Shown here: positions 1 through 7,883 of the stretch, piece by piece
Position numbering within the stretch: the stretch's first letter is position 1
Layout: every line of letters begins with the position of its first letter
NCBI GenBank assembly: GCA_025358205.1
Contig: JANYKG010000033.1
Span: 1 to 32,053, forward strand
Reading direction: 5' to 3'
Source: Armatimonadota bacterium
Lineage (GTDB): Bacteria > Armatimonadota > UBA5829 > DTJY01
Length of the DNA: 32,053 nt
Notes under the pieces: model-generated
The model's input: the letters and a program-made list of their open reading frames with translations, nothing else
What the model was told of the DNA's origin: nothing
The model's database searches: none
Made by a program: the position numbers and the translations under genes

Positions 1-1985
1 TTCGCGTGACCCACCCCTTCTTCCAGGCAGTCCGAACCTGACGTGTGTACGTCCGCAACCACCGCCATGTCTCTGTCCGCTTCGTTGGTGATCTCGTACC
101 AGTTGGTGATTCCGTCCTGCATCACGGAAAGCGTCAGACTCTCCAAGCTCCCGCCGTAGTAGAGAATCTGGTCGTACTCCGCCGTGGTCAGTTCCTGGTT
201 CTTCAGTTCCTTGACGGAAACCGTCTTCAGGAACGTCAGCAAATCCTCGAACTCGCCGAACTTATCGCTGACCTTGCTGGACAGAAGACCTCTCGCGCTT
301 AGCCCGGTCTTCGATGCTTTGGTCAGCCAGATCAGCCTGTTGTAGAACTCCACGTTCGGCTCCACATAACCCTTCGGCCTCGGCGGTTCCTCTTCGCCGC
401 CGCCGCCGCACTCAACGCCGCTCTGCTTCGCGTACAGCAGCGTGTCATGCCGCAGTTCCGCCCAGCTTCCAAGCGCGGTGTTCAGGCTCTTGTCCTCCCA
501 CGCCTGGTTGGTCATGAACGACGGATAGCCCTTTCCGAACGGCTCCATACACGAGCCAAGCGCCCACAACCAGCCCCAGTAGAGGTTCGACTGCCAAGCG
601 CTCAACGGTTTAGCCGCGAACTCCGCGACCAGTTTATCACGTGCCGGCAGATACCCGTTCCAGTCCTTCGGCGCCTTGTACACGTTGTCCAGTATGTCCG
701 CCGCGCGCTTAGACCCCAGCACAGCCATCACGTCCAGCCCCTTCGGGAATGACCGCTCGGGGTACTTCACCAGCCGCTGCATCATCTCGCTGTCCGGGAT
801 GTACCGCTGACCCATGAACTTGAACATCACACCGTATGGCATCTTCTTGCCAGTCTTGACATCGAACAGCCGCACGTTGATCTTCGGCAGCGCGAGCTTT
901 CTGAGTTCTGCATAGGCCTCCTTCAGCTTACCCTCGTCCTGAAGTTGCGCCAGCGTGACCTTCGGGCCGTAGACCTTGTCCATCACCGCCTTGTACTGGT
1001 ACGGCGTCAGGTCGTCCGACGTGCCAACGTAGAACGCGGTCGGCTCGTAGACCTGCTTCCACGTCTCGATCGCCGGTTTGCCACCGATCTGAGTGTTGAA
1101 AAGCATCCAGTTCATCAGCAGCGCCTGACGTATGTGCGGATAGTCCGGCTTGCCGGTCCGCCCGGTTTCGTCGGTTCCATCCATCGGCCAGATCACCGGG
1201 AACTGCATGTATCCGTACCACATCATTGCCTTGAAATACCGCTTCAGCAGGTCGGTCCGCGTGTAGTGGCCCCGGGGTATGAACTGCGAGTAGTCCGGCT
1301 CCCACGGGAACAGCGCCGACCTCGTGCGCCCGGATGCCGCTGTGATAAGCGCAAGCTCCTTGCTCACAATCTGCTTCTGGGCGGGCGTAACAATCGGCGT
1401 CTTGCCCAGCAGGGTATATGGAATCGCGAAGTAGCACTGGTTATCGGATGCCGCCTTCTTCCACTCCGGCTTATCCAGTTGACCGGCCAGCGTTCGGCTC
1501 TCCTTCAGCATGCCCTTGGTCAGGGTCTGCAGTACGCCGGAGAGCTTCTCGGTTTCAACGTTCCTGAGCGTGAAATCGTAGAAGATGTGGTAGACCTGAA
1601 GCACGCTGTCCGTGGTGATGAAGCTGGGCAGATTCTTGTAGGTGTTGTCGTCATAGATGAAGCAGAGTTGCGCCTGTTCTGTTGACCCGGCAAAGAACGC
1701 GTTCTTCGCGAGGAGCGCCTTCTGCTGCGGGCTGAACGCGCCGAACTCCTTGACGTTGACCACGTTGCTGAGGTCGGGCTTCACGCTGTACGGAGCCACC
1801 GACGCCTGCACATCCGCCGGCTCATAGGGGATGTCGAACGCGCTCTTCGGCACATCAACCTTGATCGGCGGGCCAAGTTCCTTCACCGCCACCTGCTGCA
1901 CGACCCCGGTCTGTGCGCTCTTCTTCGCGCACCCAACCACACAGACAACCGCCAACAACGCTGCGAGAACCAAGTACCGCTTCAT
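1..1985 (-). CDS. Secreted lipoprotein of unknown function, partial (C-terminus beyond window start). N-terminus MKRYLVLAALLAVVCVVGCAKK has a lipobox.
   Basis: ATG at 1985 preceded by AAGGAGG at 1993-1999. Continuous protein-like minus-strand frame, hand-checked 1741-1985 with no stops. It is not in the ORF track because it runs off the edge. ATGA overlap with the upstream gene stop at 1982-1984. Confidence 0.6.
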   Translation of the reverse strand, partial: MKRYLVLAALLAVVCVVGCAKKSAQTGVVQQVAVKELGPPIKVDVPKSAFDIPYEPADVQASVAPYSVKPDLSNVVNVKEFGAFSPQQKALLAKNAFFAGSTEQAQLCFIYDDNTYKNLPSFITTDSVLQVYHIFYDFTLRNVETEKLSGVLQTLTKGMLKESRTLAGQLDKPEWKKAASDNQCYFAIPYTLLGKTPIVTPAQKQIVSKELALITAASGRTRSALFPWEPDYSQFIPRGHYTRTDLLKRYFKAMMWYGYMQFPVIWPMDGTDETGRTGKPDYPHIRQALLMNWMLFNTQIGGKPAIETWKQVYEPTAFYVGTSDDLTPYQYKAVMDKVYGPKVTLAQLQDEGKLKEAYAELRKLALPKINVRLFDVKTGKKMPYGVMFKFMGQRYIPDSEMMQRLVKYPERSFPKGLDVMAVLGSKRAADILDNVYKAPKDWNGYLPARDKLVAEFAAKPLSAWQSNLYWGWLWALGSCMEPFGKGYPSFMTNQAWEDKSLNTALGSWAELRHDTLLYAKQSGVECGGGGEEEPPRPKGYVEPNVEFYNRLIWLTKASKTGLSARGLLSSKVSDKFGEFEDLLTFLKTVSVKELKNQELTTAEYDQILYYGGSLESLTLSVMQDGITNWYEITNEADRDMAVVADVHTSGSDCLEEGVGHA

Positions 1986-2614
1986 GACTTTGCCTCCTTC
2001 AACGCTTTGCCGTCCCACGCATACGTCCTATAGGTCTTATGAGACCCATAGGACCAAACCCTGACCACTTCACCTGACACCGCCAAACCCGACAGCTTCT
2101 TCGCTCGGCAGCCGGTCCACACCCGAGTGAACCCGAAGCCGTCCCACTTGTAGACCGCAAGCTCGTTCCCACCGCCCTTGATCTCCTCGATGGAGACCAG
2201 CTTCGGGCCTGACTTGAATGCCGCAAACGTGAAATCCGTGAACGGCCGCGTGAGCCTCGACCCCAGCCACTTCGGCACGAACGCCTTGCCGTTCCACGTG
2301 TAGACGAACGGCCTCTTCGCCATCACGGGGTGGAATCGCGTCGTCTTGTATACCCCGACACCAAGGTCGGTTCTGCCGTCACCGTCAACATCGCCCACGA
2401 TGATCTTCCACGGTTTCAGCGACTTCGATATCCCCCGCCAAATCTCCTTGCGCTGGGTTGAGTATACCCGCACTGTCTCATTTGCACCGAGGTCCAGTTC
2501 AATCACGCAGGAGACGCCGTTCAGCGAGGCATGAAGGATCTGCGCGGGTTTCGACCACACGCGTCCACATGCCGCGAGAAACACACAGACCATCAGATAG
2601 AGGATATTCCGCAT
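1982..2614 (-). CDS. Lipoprotein with an FG-GAP/VCBS-like Asp-rich repeat (DVDGDGRTDLGVGVY); signal peptide with lipobox LAAC.
   Basis: 210-aa ORF from the track; ATG at 2612-2614. Translationally coupled to the downstream lipoprotein gene. Confidence 0.6.
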   Translation of the reverse strand: MRNILYLMVCVFLAACGRVWSKPAQILHASLNGVSCVIELDLGANETVRVYSTQRKEIWRGISKSLKPWKIIVGDVDGDGRTDLGVGVYKTTRFHPVMAKRPFVYTWNGKAFVPKWLGSRLTRPFTDFTFAAFKSGPKLVSIEEIKGGGNELAVYKWDGFGFTRVWTGCRAKKLSGLAVSGEVVRVWSYGSHKTYRTYAWDGKALKEAKS

Positions 2615-2640
2615 ATCAAGACCAAATCTGAATCAGTCCG

Positions 2641-2667
2641 CATTATTCACGAGAAACGTGAATAATG
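2641..2667. promoter_or_regulatory. 27-bp perfect palindrome cattattcacg-agaaa-cgtgaataatg, a candidate operator 27-53 bp upstream of the minus-strand lipoprotein start.
   Basis: Read directly from the sequence. A near-identical copy lies at 17782-17808. Additional TTCGTGAA/TCACGAAT half-sites are at 2692-2699, 2862-2869 and 2908-2915. Confidence 0.5.
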
Positions 2668-2782
2668 CTCTGAAGGCGCTGGATTGTTCACTTCGTGAAT
2701 CATCCAGGCTAGTTGATTCGGAACAATTCCGCTCTCCAGACAGTTAGTTAAGTGAGAGCGGGAATCCTCCGCCGGAGGCGGA

Positions 2783-2982
2783 GGTGTTAGGTGTTAGTTG
2801 GTAGGTGCTAGGCCGGAGAAAAAGGTGTTTGGTGGTAGTTGGTAGGTGCTAGGCTGTATTATTCGTGACAAATACTAGGGGCGGTCGCCGTACCGACCCG
2901 GAACATATCACGAATGACCCAGGTTAGATTCCGGTTCCGGGGATTGTCCCTCCTAACACCTAACACCAACCACCTAACACCC
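2783..2982. repeat. Inverted-repeat-bounded element of about 200 bp built from GGTGTTA-type heptamers. A MITE-like, REP-like or structured-RNA element.
   Basis: Left arm ggtgttaggtgttagttggtaggtgctagg at 2783-2812. Right arm cctaacacctaacaccaaccacctaacaccc at 2952-2982 is its imperfect reverse complement. Internal 18-bp direct repeat agttggtaggtgctaggc at 2796-2813 and 2837-2854. GC hairpin cctccgcc-gga-ggcggagg at 2766-2784 abuts the left arm. Confidence 0.45.
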
Positions 2983-3023
2983 TATACTGAAGATCGCAGG
3001 ATTCCTGAAAGGAGCAGATACCC

Positions 3024-4238
3024 TTGAACTCCAGAGAACGTGTATTAACAGCGCTCGCCCATAAGGAGCCGGACCGCGTACCGATAGACTTCGGCGGGAT
3101 GCGCTCGACCGGCATCATGGCCATCGCATATAACAAGCTGAAGGCGCACCTGGGCATCACCGGCGGCGAGACGCGGCTCTACGATACCATGCAGCAACTC
3201 GCCCTGCCCGAGCAGCCCGTGCTTGACCGTTTCCACGTGGATGTGATTGACACGCTCAATCAGCTTGGACGGTTCCCCGAGGAGTGGAAGGACTGGACCC
3301 TCCCGGACGGCTCACCCGCCAAGGCGCCCCTCGACTTCATCACCGCCAAGCAGAACGGCCAGACAGTGACCCTGGACAAAACGGGCCGCGCGATCCGACG
3401 CATGCCCGACGGCTGCCTCTACTTCGAGTTCTGCTACTGGCCGCTCGCAGAGGCGGAGACCTTCGCGGACATTGACCGGCTCTTCCACATGAAGCCGATC
3501 ACCGCCCAAGACCTGGTCGAGACCAAGGCCCGCGCGAAGTGGCTGTACGAGAACACCGACTACGCGCTCATGCTGGGCTTCGGCGGCAACATCCTGGAGG
3601 GCGGGCAGGAGGCGTTCGGCTGGGAGCGGTTCATGACCGAGGTCGCGCTGAACACCGAGCTTGTGGAGTACGCGCTGGACAAGATGGTGGAGGTCTACAT
3701 GGAGAACCTTCGCGTCTACCTCAGCGAGCTCGGCCCGTACATCCAGCTCATCCAGATGGGCGACGACCTGGGCACGCAGACCGCGCCCATGCTCTCGCCG
3801 AACCTCTACCGCCGCGTGGTGAAGCCCAGGCACGCCAAGCAGTACCGGTTCATCCGAGAGAACTCCGATGTCCATGTCTTCCTGCATGCATGCGGATCGT
3901 GCTATGACATCATGGGCGATCTCGTTGATGAAGGAGTCGAGGCGCTGAACCCGGTTCAGACCTCGGCGACCGGCATGGAACCGCGCAGGCTCAAGAAGGA
4001 GTTCGGCGACAAGCTGACCTTCTGGGGCGGCGGCTGCGACACCCAGTTCGTCCTCCCAAACGCGACGCCCGCGGAGATTGACGCCCACGTGAAAGAGCGC
4101 ATCGAGATCCTCGCACCCGGCGGCGGCTTCGTCTTCACCCAGATTCACAACGTCCAGTCAAACATCCCGCCGGAGAACGTGGTGGCGGTCTACGATGCGG
4201 CTATCAAGTATGGAGGGTATCCGGTCCGCGACGCATAA
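3024..4238 (+). CDS. Uroporphyrinogen decarboxylase (URO-D) family protein, MtaA/CmuA-like methyltransferase fold.
   Basis: N-terminus MNSRERVLTALAHKEPDRVPIDFGG is typical of URO-D-like methyltransferases. TTG start with AAAGGAG at 3008-3014. 404 aa. Confidence 0.7.
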   Translation: MNSRERVLTALAHKEPDRVPIDFGGMRSTGIMAIAYNKLKAHLGITGGETRLYDTMQQLALPEQPVLDRFHVDVIDTLNQLGRFPEEWKDWTLPDGSPAKAPLDFITAKQNGQTVTLDKTGRAIRRMPDGCLYFEFCYWPLAEAETFADIDRLFHMKPITAQDLVETKARAKWLYENTDYALMLGFGGNILEGGQEAFGWERFMTEVALNTELVEYALDKMVEVYMENLRVYLSELGPYIQLIQMGDDLGTQTAPMLSPNLYRRVVKPRHAKQYRFIRENSDVHVFLHACGSCYDIMGDLVDEGVEALNPVQTSATGMEPRRLKKEFGDKLTFWGGGCDTQFVLPNATPAEIDAHVKERIEILAPGGGFVFTQIHNVQSNIPPENVVAVYDAAIKYGGYPVRDA

Positions 4239-4272
4239 CCTGTGACCTAAACAGCAGAAGCGGGGTGACAGG

Positions 4273-4899
4273 CTATCGAGGAAGATTGTCCCTAAGCCAT
4301 TCCGTGACGCTTTCTGTGAACCTCACATAGTGGTGATATGGCATGAGGCGATAGGAATCACCGCGCCTTTTGCAGAATGCCTCGTAGTCTGCCTTGAACA
4401 ACAGATATGCGTCGTAAACTTTTTGCTCAGACGTCTCCCCTTGGTCCGACCTGTTGGTCAACCAGGCCCAGATACGGCTGACAATCCTTCTCACGCTGTC
4501 ACTGTGCGCTATAGGGTCGCATCCGGAGATATCGGACAAACATATGTCGTGCTGATGAGGTTTCTTTTCGAGAATGAGGCAGGGCCTCTCCGAAGGTGGT
4601 TCAGCGCCGAAATACTTGGCACCCAGAAACAGGCCTAGTTCGAAGGGCATGTTGAAACGCGGGAGCTTGTCCTTCCCATCGAACTCCACGCGGCTGATGT
4701 CATGTATACCTCGCTGACACTCGTTTATAAGCCTGATGATGCGGTTCAGCCGAAGTTCGCCACAGTCGGACCCTTCGAGCGTGCATCGCGGCACGTAACC
4801 GGCGCGGAAGATCGTGAATACCATCGCACGGAACATGTCCAGGTATAGTTCATCGAACGGGCAGTTCATGAACACCCATGTCGGGCTACTGGGATGCAA
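4273..4899 (-). CDS. Hypothetical protein with a predicted Rossmannoid fold (nucleoside 2-deoxyribosyltransferase / SLOG / TIR-like).
   Basis: The motifs VFMNCPFDELY...GYVP and RFNMPFELGLFLGAKY resemble the NDT family strand-1 motif and the DxGTxFExG catalytic-Glu motif. TTG start at 4899 overlaps the upstream ORF stop by 14 nt; alternative ATG at 4869. The region is AT-richer by eye. Confidence 0.55.
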   Translation of the reverse strand: MHPSSPTWVFMNCPFDELYLDMFRAMVFTIFRAGYVPRCTLEGSDCGELRLNRIIRLINECQRGIHDISRVEFDGKDKLPRFNMPFELGLFLGAKYFGAEPPSERPCLILEKKPHQHDICLSDISGCDPIAHSDSVRRIVSRIWAWLTNRSDQGETSEQKVYDAYLLFKADYEAFCKRRGDSYRLMPYHHYVRFTESVTEWLRDNLPR

Positions 4900-5302
4900 G
4901 ACGATCTCTCAGTGCATCAGCGTCGGACAGCGCATCCCGCAACTGACTCCCATATGATGAGTATGCATCGGAATTCGACATATCTAGGTCATTCTGATAA
5001 TGACTCAACTGACCATCAATCCAGTCTACCGTCTTGACGAACTTACCAGACGGGCGCCTCCTCCCTTTCTCAATGCTCCGAAGAGTAACCTCGATTCTTC
5101 CTTGGATTGCCTTAAGGCAGACCGGCGGACACTGCGCCAAACCGACTGATTGTCCCTCACGGTCCGTCTCCCCGTATGCTCTCAGCCAGTCAGCAATAAT
5201 GTCGCGCAGTCTCTCCAATCGCGTGATGCACACATGCACACGCAGCAGGCTGTCTGACCCCTGATCAGCATCCGGATGATACGGTATCTCGAAACTACGC
5301 AT
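4886..5302 (-). CDS. Hypothetical 138-aa soluble protein, first gene of a bicistron with the NDT/TIR-like gene.
   Basis: ATG at 5300-5302 with AGGAGG 8 nt upstream (reverse complement of 5311-5316). No recognisable domain. Confidence 0.55.
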   Translation of the reverse strand: MRSFEIPYHPDADQGSDSLLRVHVCITRLERLRDIIADWLRAYGETDREGQSVGLAQCPPVCLKAIQGRIEVTLRSIEKGRRRPSGKFVKTVDWIDGQLSHYQNDLDMSNSDAYSSYGSQLRDALSDADALRDRLASQ

Positions 5303-5675
5303 TCCGTAATCCTCCTACAAACAAGAAACATTGCGTATGGTACCACAATGCGGCGCTTCCATGCAATACATAGGGCACAATCAGCCCACAAACACCAAGC
5401 GTAGTGCATTCGAGCCAATTATTCCATATATTCGCGCTTTCCAAGCGTACATATCGGGCCGTTCCAGTCTTGATAGTGTTCCTTGTTTGTACGAATAACT
5501 CCTTCCTGTACAGGAGAATTCTCATGGCGCTAAGAGAACCACTGCCGCGATACCCTCTGCCACGTGGCTGTAGCGCCTGACACCATTGGCTCTCGACTGC
5601 CCCATGCGATTCGGTCTGGTTTCCGAACGGCTTAGATTCAAGATCGCTCATCTAAGCACAGCGTTCAATCAGAAC

Positions 5676-5704
5676 TTGAGTGCGGCGCATGAAACTGCTA
5701 TCAT
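5676..5704 (+). promoter_or_regulatory. Sigma70-like promoter TTGAGT-N17-TATCAT for the membrane-protein gene.
   Basis: -35 box at 5676-5681 and -10 box at 5699-5704, read directly from the sequence. The predicted TSS is about 16 nt before the ATG at 5728. Confidence 0.4.
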
Positions 5705-5727
5705 TGTAGGCACTGGCGTGGTCAGGA

Positions 5728-6417
5728 ATGCATCCGCCGGCACACGAAGATGACGTCGGGAGCCTCCAGAACCACGAACGCGGAAAGGCTGGCAGCGCTA
5801 TGACGATAAGCGGGTTCGACATGCTGTTCTACACCGTCGGTTTTCTTGTGCCCGGATTTGTCTACAACTCGGTTGTTTCAAGTCTCGTGCCCCAGAGGGG
5901 CGAGCAGAACCAAGTATCACTGTTACGGTTCCTGACGTTCAGCTGTGTGAACTACGCCCTGTGGTCCTGGCTCATTTATCTCTTAGTAAAATCTGAGTTC
6001 TTCACAGAGCACTTGGTCAGGGCCGCCATTGCATGGGGTGGGGTCACACTGCTGAGTCCGGTGCTGCTTGGTCTCCTAATGGGCCATTTCAGCCAAAAGG
6101 AGACGATGTTTCACGTCCTGCGCCGTCTTGGGCTGAAACCTATACACCCGATCCCAACTGCTTGGGACTACAAGTTCAGCATTACCAGGGAACCAGTGTG
6201 GATTCTCGTAACTCTGAAAGACGGCAGCAAGGTTGGCGGCGTGTTTGGTAGCAGATCCTTCGCATCGTCGGACACCACTGACAGAGACATGTACATCCAA
6301 GAAGTGTACAGGGTTACGGCGGAGGGCAAATGGAATTCGGCGGAGAGAAATGATGGCATTCTACTGCTGGCTGACCAGATACGTCACGTGGAATTCTGGA
6401 AAGATGAGGAGGAATAG
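5728..6417 (+). CDS. Hypothetical membrane protein with 2-3 N-terminal TM helices and a beta-rich C-terminal domain of about 110 aa.
   Basis: ORF from the track. Hydrophobic segments are FLVPGFVYNSVVSSLV, YALWSWLIYLLV and WGGVTLLSPVLLGLLMG. Alternative start is the ATG at 5800 (MTISGFDML). Confidence 0.55.
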   Translation: MHPPAHEDDVGSLQNHERGKAGSAMTISGFDMLFYTVGFLVPGFVYNSVVSSLVPQRGEQNQVSLLRFLTFSCVNYALWSWLIYLLVKSEFFTEHLVRAAIAWGGVTLLSPVLLGLLMGHFSQKETMFHVLRRLGLKPIHPIPTAWDYKFSITREPVWILVTLKDGSKVGGVFGSRSFASSDTTDRDMYIQEVYRVTAEGKWNSAERNDGILLLADQIRHVEFWKDEEE

Positions 6418-6419
6418 AA

Positions 6420-6614
6420 ATGACTGACAGAGCGAACGGCACCTTGGAGCAAGGCCATCAGGCTAACCCGAGGCAAGAAGGGCACCAGCCTACATCACCA
6501 GAGACAAAAGGATATCAGCCTCAGGCCACGGGCCGTCCTGAGGGACAGAAACCGCCCACGGGGGGCTCGAACGTAACACCACCGCCCAGTCCTCAGAACA
6601 GCAACCAACAGTAG
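6420..6614 (+). CDS. Possible 64-aa low-complexity (Q/P/G/T-rich) disordered protein immediately downstream of the membrane-protein gene.
   Basis: ATG at 6420 lies 8 nt after GAGGAGG. That Shine-Dalgarno-like sequence is formed by the DEEE codons of the upstream gene tail, so it may be coincidental. The composition is not protein-like. Confidence 0.25.
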   Translation: MTDRANGTLEQGHQANPRQEGHQPTSPETKGYQPQATGRPEGQKPPTGGSNVTPPPSPQNSNQQ

Positions 6615-6905
6615 AGTTAGATAGGCTGGACGCGTGCATACCAATGCGAATCTGCAGATTGTGGCACGAGTATCTTCTCGCCCATTTTCCGGTCTGAAAC
6701 CAACCCATGCGCTCTATGTCGCCATGTACGTGACGAATATCTACTCGCCGTTGTTATCACCGATACCGGGTTAGTCAATGGCCCAAACCCAAGAGCGCTC
6801 ACGCGGCTAGATGGCCAATCCCTATCATCCTGCCGCGTCCTGAGCCTGCCCGCGAGGAGCTTGTCGAACCCATCGAAGGATCTGTCCTGTCAGAAAGGAA
6901 TTTCC

Positions 6906-7883
6906 ATGACGCACAAACGAGGCATCGAAAACGGATTCGCCATTCCGCCGGAGGGGCCGGTGGATTTGTTTCGTCTGACGCGGGCATTCGAGTATTCGCG
7001 CGCGTTCCAGATCGCGAACAGCATTGACGTGTTCACCGAACTGCATGCCGGTGCGCTCACGCTCACAGACCTGGCCACTCGCACAAAGGTAGAGGCGAAG
7101 GACCTGGAGTGCGTGCTGATCGTCAACGCCGCGCTTGGGCTCCTTCTCACCGACGGCGAGAAGTGGTGCAACAGCCTCCTTGCGGACAAGCACTTGGTTA
7201 AGGGCAAGCCGGAGTACATCGGCGACGCGGTCTGGCTCACCGGCAACTGGTGGCAGCGGTTCGACGAGCTGGGCAAAAGCATGGCAGAACAGCACGGTCT
7301 GCCCACCGAGGCCGAACGCCACCCGCGATTCATTGAAGCCATGAACGACTACGCCTCATCAGGCGAAGGCGAAGAGGTCGCCGAGCTGCTCGACCTGTCC
7401 GGGCGCAGGCATCTCCTCGATCTCGGCGGCGGGCCGGGCACCTACTCCTCCTACCTGTGCGACGCAAACCCCGATCTGCGCGTAACGGTCTTCGACCTGC
7501 CGGAAACCGAGCCGGTGTTCAGCAAGACAGTGGCCGCGCGCGGGCTGACCGACCGAATCACCTTCAAGGCGGGCGACCTGGAGACCGACGACCTGGGAAG
7601 CGGATACGACGCCGCGTTGGTCTCGAACATGATGCACGGCAGCCGGGGTGATATCATCCCGCCGAAGGTGTTCAGAGCGCTGGAGCCGGGCGGAATCATC
7701 ATCATCCGCGACTTCATCCTCAGGACTGAGAAGGACGGACCGCTCGCGGCGGCGATGTTCAACATGCGCATGGGCGCGTATACTGAAGACGAGATATACG
7801 ATTTCCTGCACCAGGCCGGCTTCCGACACTGCGAGGTGATAGAACAAGGCGACCAGACCATCATCACGGCCCACAAACCGTAG
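6906..7883 (+). CDS. Class I SAM-dependent O-methyltransferase (family 2 OMT with N-terminal dimerisation domain).
   Basis: SAM-binding motif LDLGGGPG and OMT-like C-terminal region. ATG at 6906 with AAAGGA 6 nt upstream. The track ORF begins earlier at TTG 6861. Confidence 0.75.
   Translation: MTHKRGIENGFAIPPEGPVDLFRLTRAFEYSRAFQIANSIDVFTELHAGALTLTDLATRTKVEAKDLECVLIVNAALGLLLTDGEKWCNSLLADKHLVKGKPEYIGDAVWLTGNWWQRFDELGKSMAEQHGLPTEAERHPRFIEAMNDYASSGEGEEVAELLDLSGRRHLLDLGGGPGTYSSYLCDANPDLRVTVFDLPETEPVFSKTVAARGLTDRITFKAGDLETDDLGSGYDAALVSNMMHGSRGDIIPPKVFRALEPGGIIIIRDFILRTEKDGPLAAAMFNMRMGAYTEDEIYDFLHQAGFRHCEVIEQGDQTIITAHKP

Noticed and set aside
928-1685. Track ORFs 928-1437 (-) and 945-1685 (+), 169-246 aa, inside the first lipoprotein gene.
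   Set aside because: They lie in other frames or on the antisense strand of a long, continuous, protein-like minus-strand frame. That frame has an excellent RBS and a lipoprotein signal peptide at 1985. High-GC DNA gives long spurious ORFs. Their Arg/Pro/Gly-rich translations are typical of such artefacts.
1861-1985. Apparent frameshift separating the lipoprotein signal peptide from the mature domain.
   Set aside because: It arose from my own one-base transcription slip. Re-reading 1861-1985 directly gives a continuous frame: MKRYLVLAALLAVVCVVGCAKKSAQTGVVQQVAVKELGPPIKVDVPKSAFDIPYEPADVQAS.
2641-2667. The palindrome as a Rex (TTGTGAA-N4/6-TTCACAA) or ArgR ARG-box (TGAAT-N4-ATTCA) operator.
   Set aside because: The half-site order is inverted relative to both consensus operators (ATTCACG...CGTGAAT). 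It is therefore left unassigned rather than attributed to a named regulator.
2783-2854. Possible CRISPR array, telomere-like TTAGG repeats, or an IdeR/DtxR iron box (TTAGGTTAGGCTAACCTAA) in the GGTGTTAGGTGTTAG heptamer runs.
   Set aside because: The repeat unit is 7 bp with no spacers, so it is not a CRISPR array. The genome is bacterial and the repeat is internal, so it is not a telomere. The match to the iron box is partial (TTAGGTGTTAG), and its inverted partner is about 150 bp away rather than forming a 19-bp dyad.
3312-4148. 278-aa minus-strand ORF antisense to the URO-D-family gene. The same pattern applies to 11603-12526 (-) inside dinG, 20451-21353 (-) inside the flotillin gene and 15151-15624 (-) inside the GHMP kinase.
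   Set aside because: These are antisense ORFs with Arg/Ala/Gly-rich low-complexity translations and no RBS. The sense-strand genes have clear family signatures.
4315-4327. CRP/FNR-like palindrome TGTGA-acc-TCACA.
   Set aside because: It lies inside the C-terminal coding region of the NDT-like gene. Its short 5-bp arms probably arose by chance.
6420-6614. The strong Shine-Dalgarno sequence GAGGAGG before the 64-aa ORF, taken as proof of a real gene.
   Set aside because: The SD-like sequence is simply the GAT GAG GAG GAA codons of the upstream protein's acidic tail. The ORF's Q/P/G/T-rich composition is not protein-like. It is kept only as a low-confidence feature.
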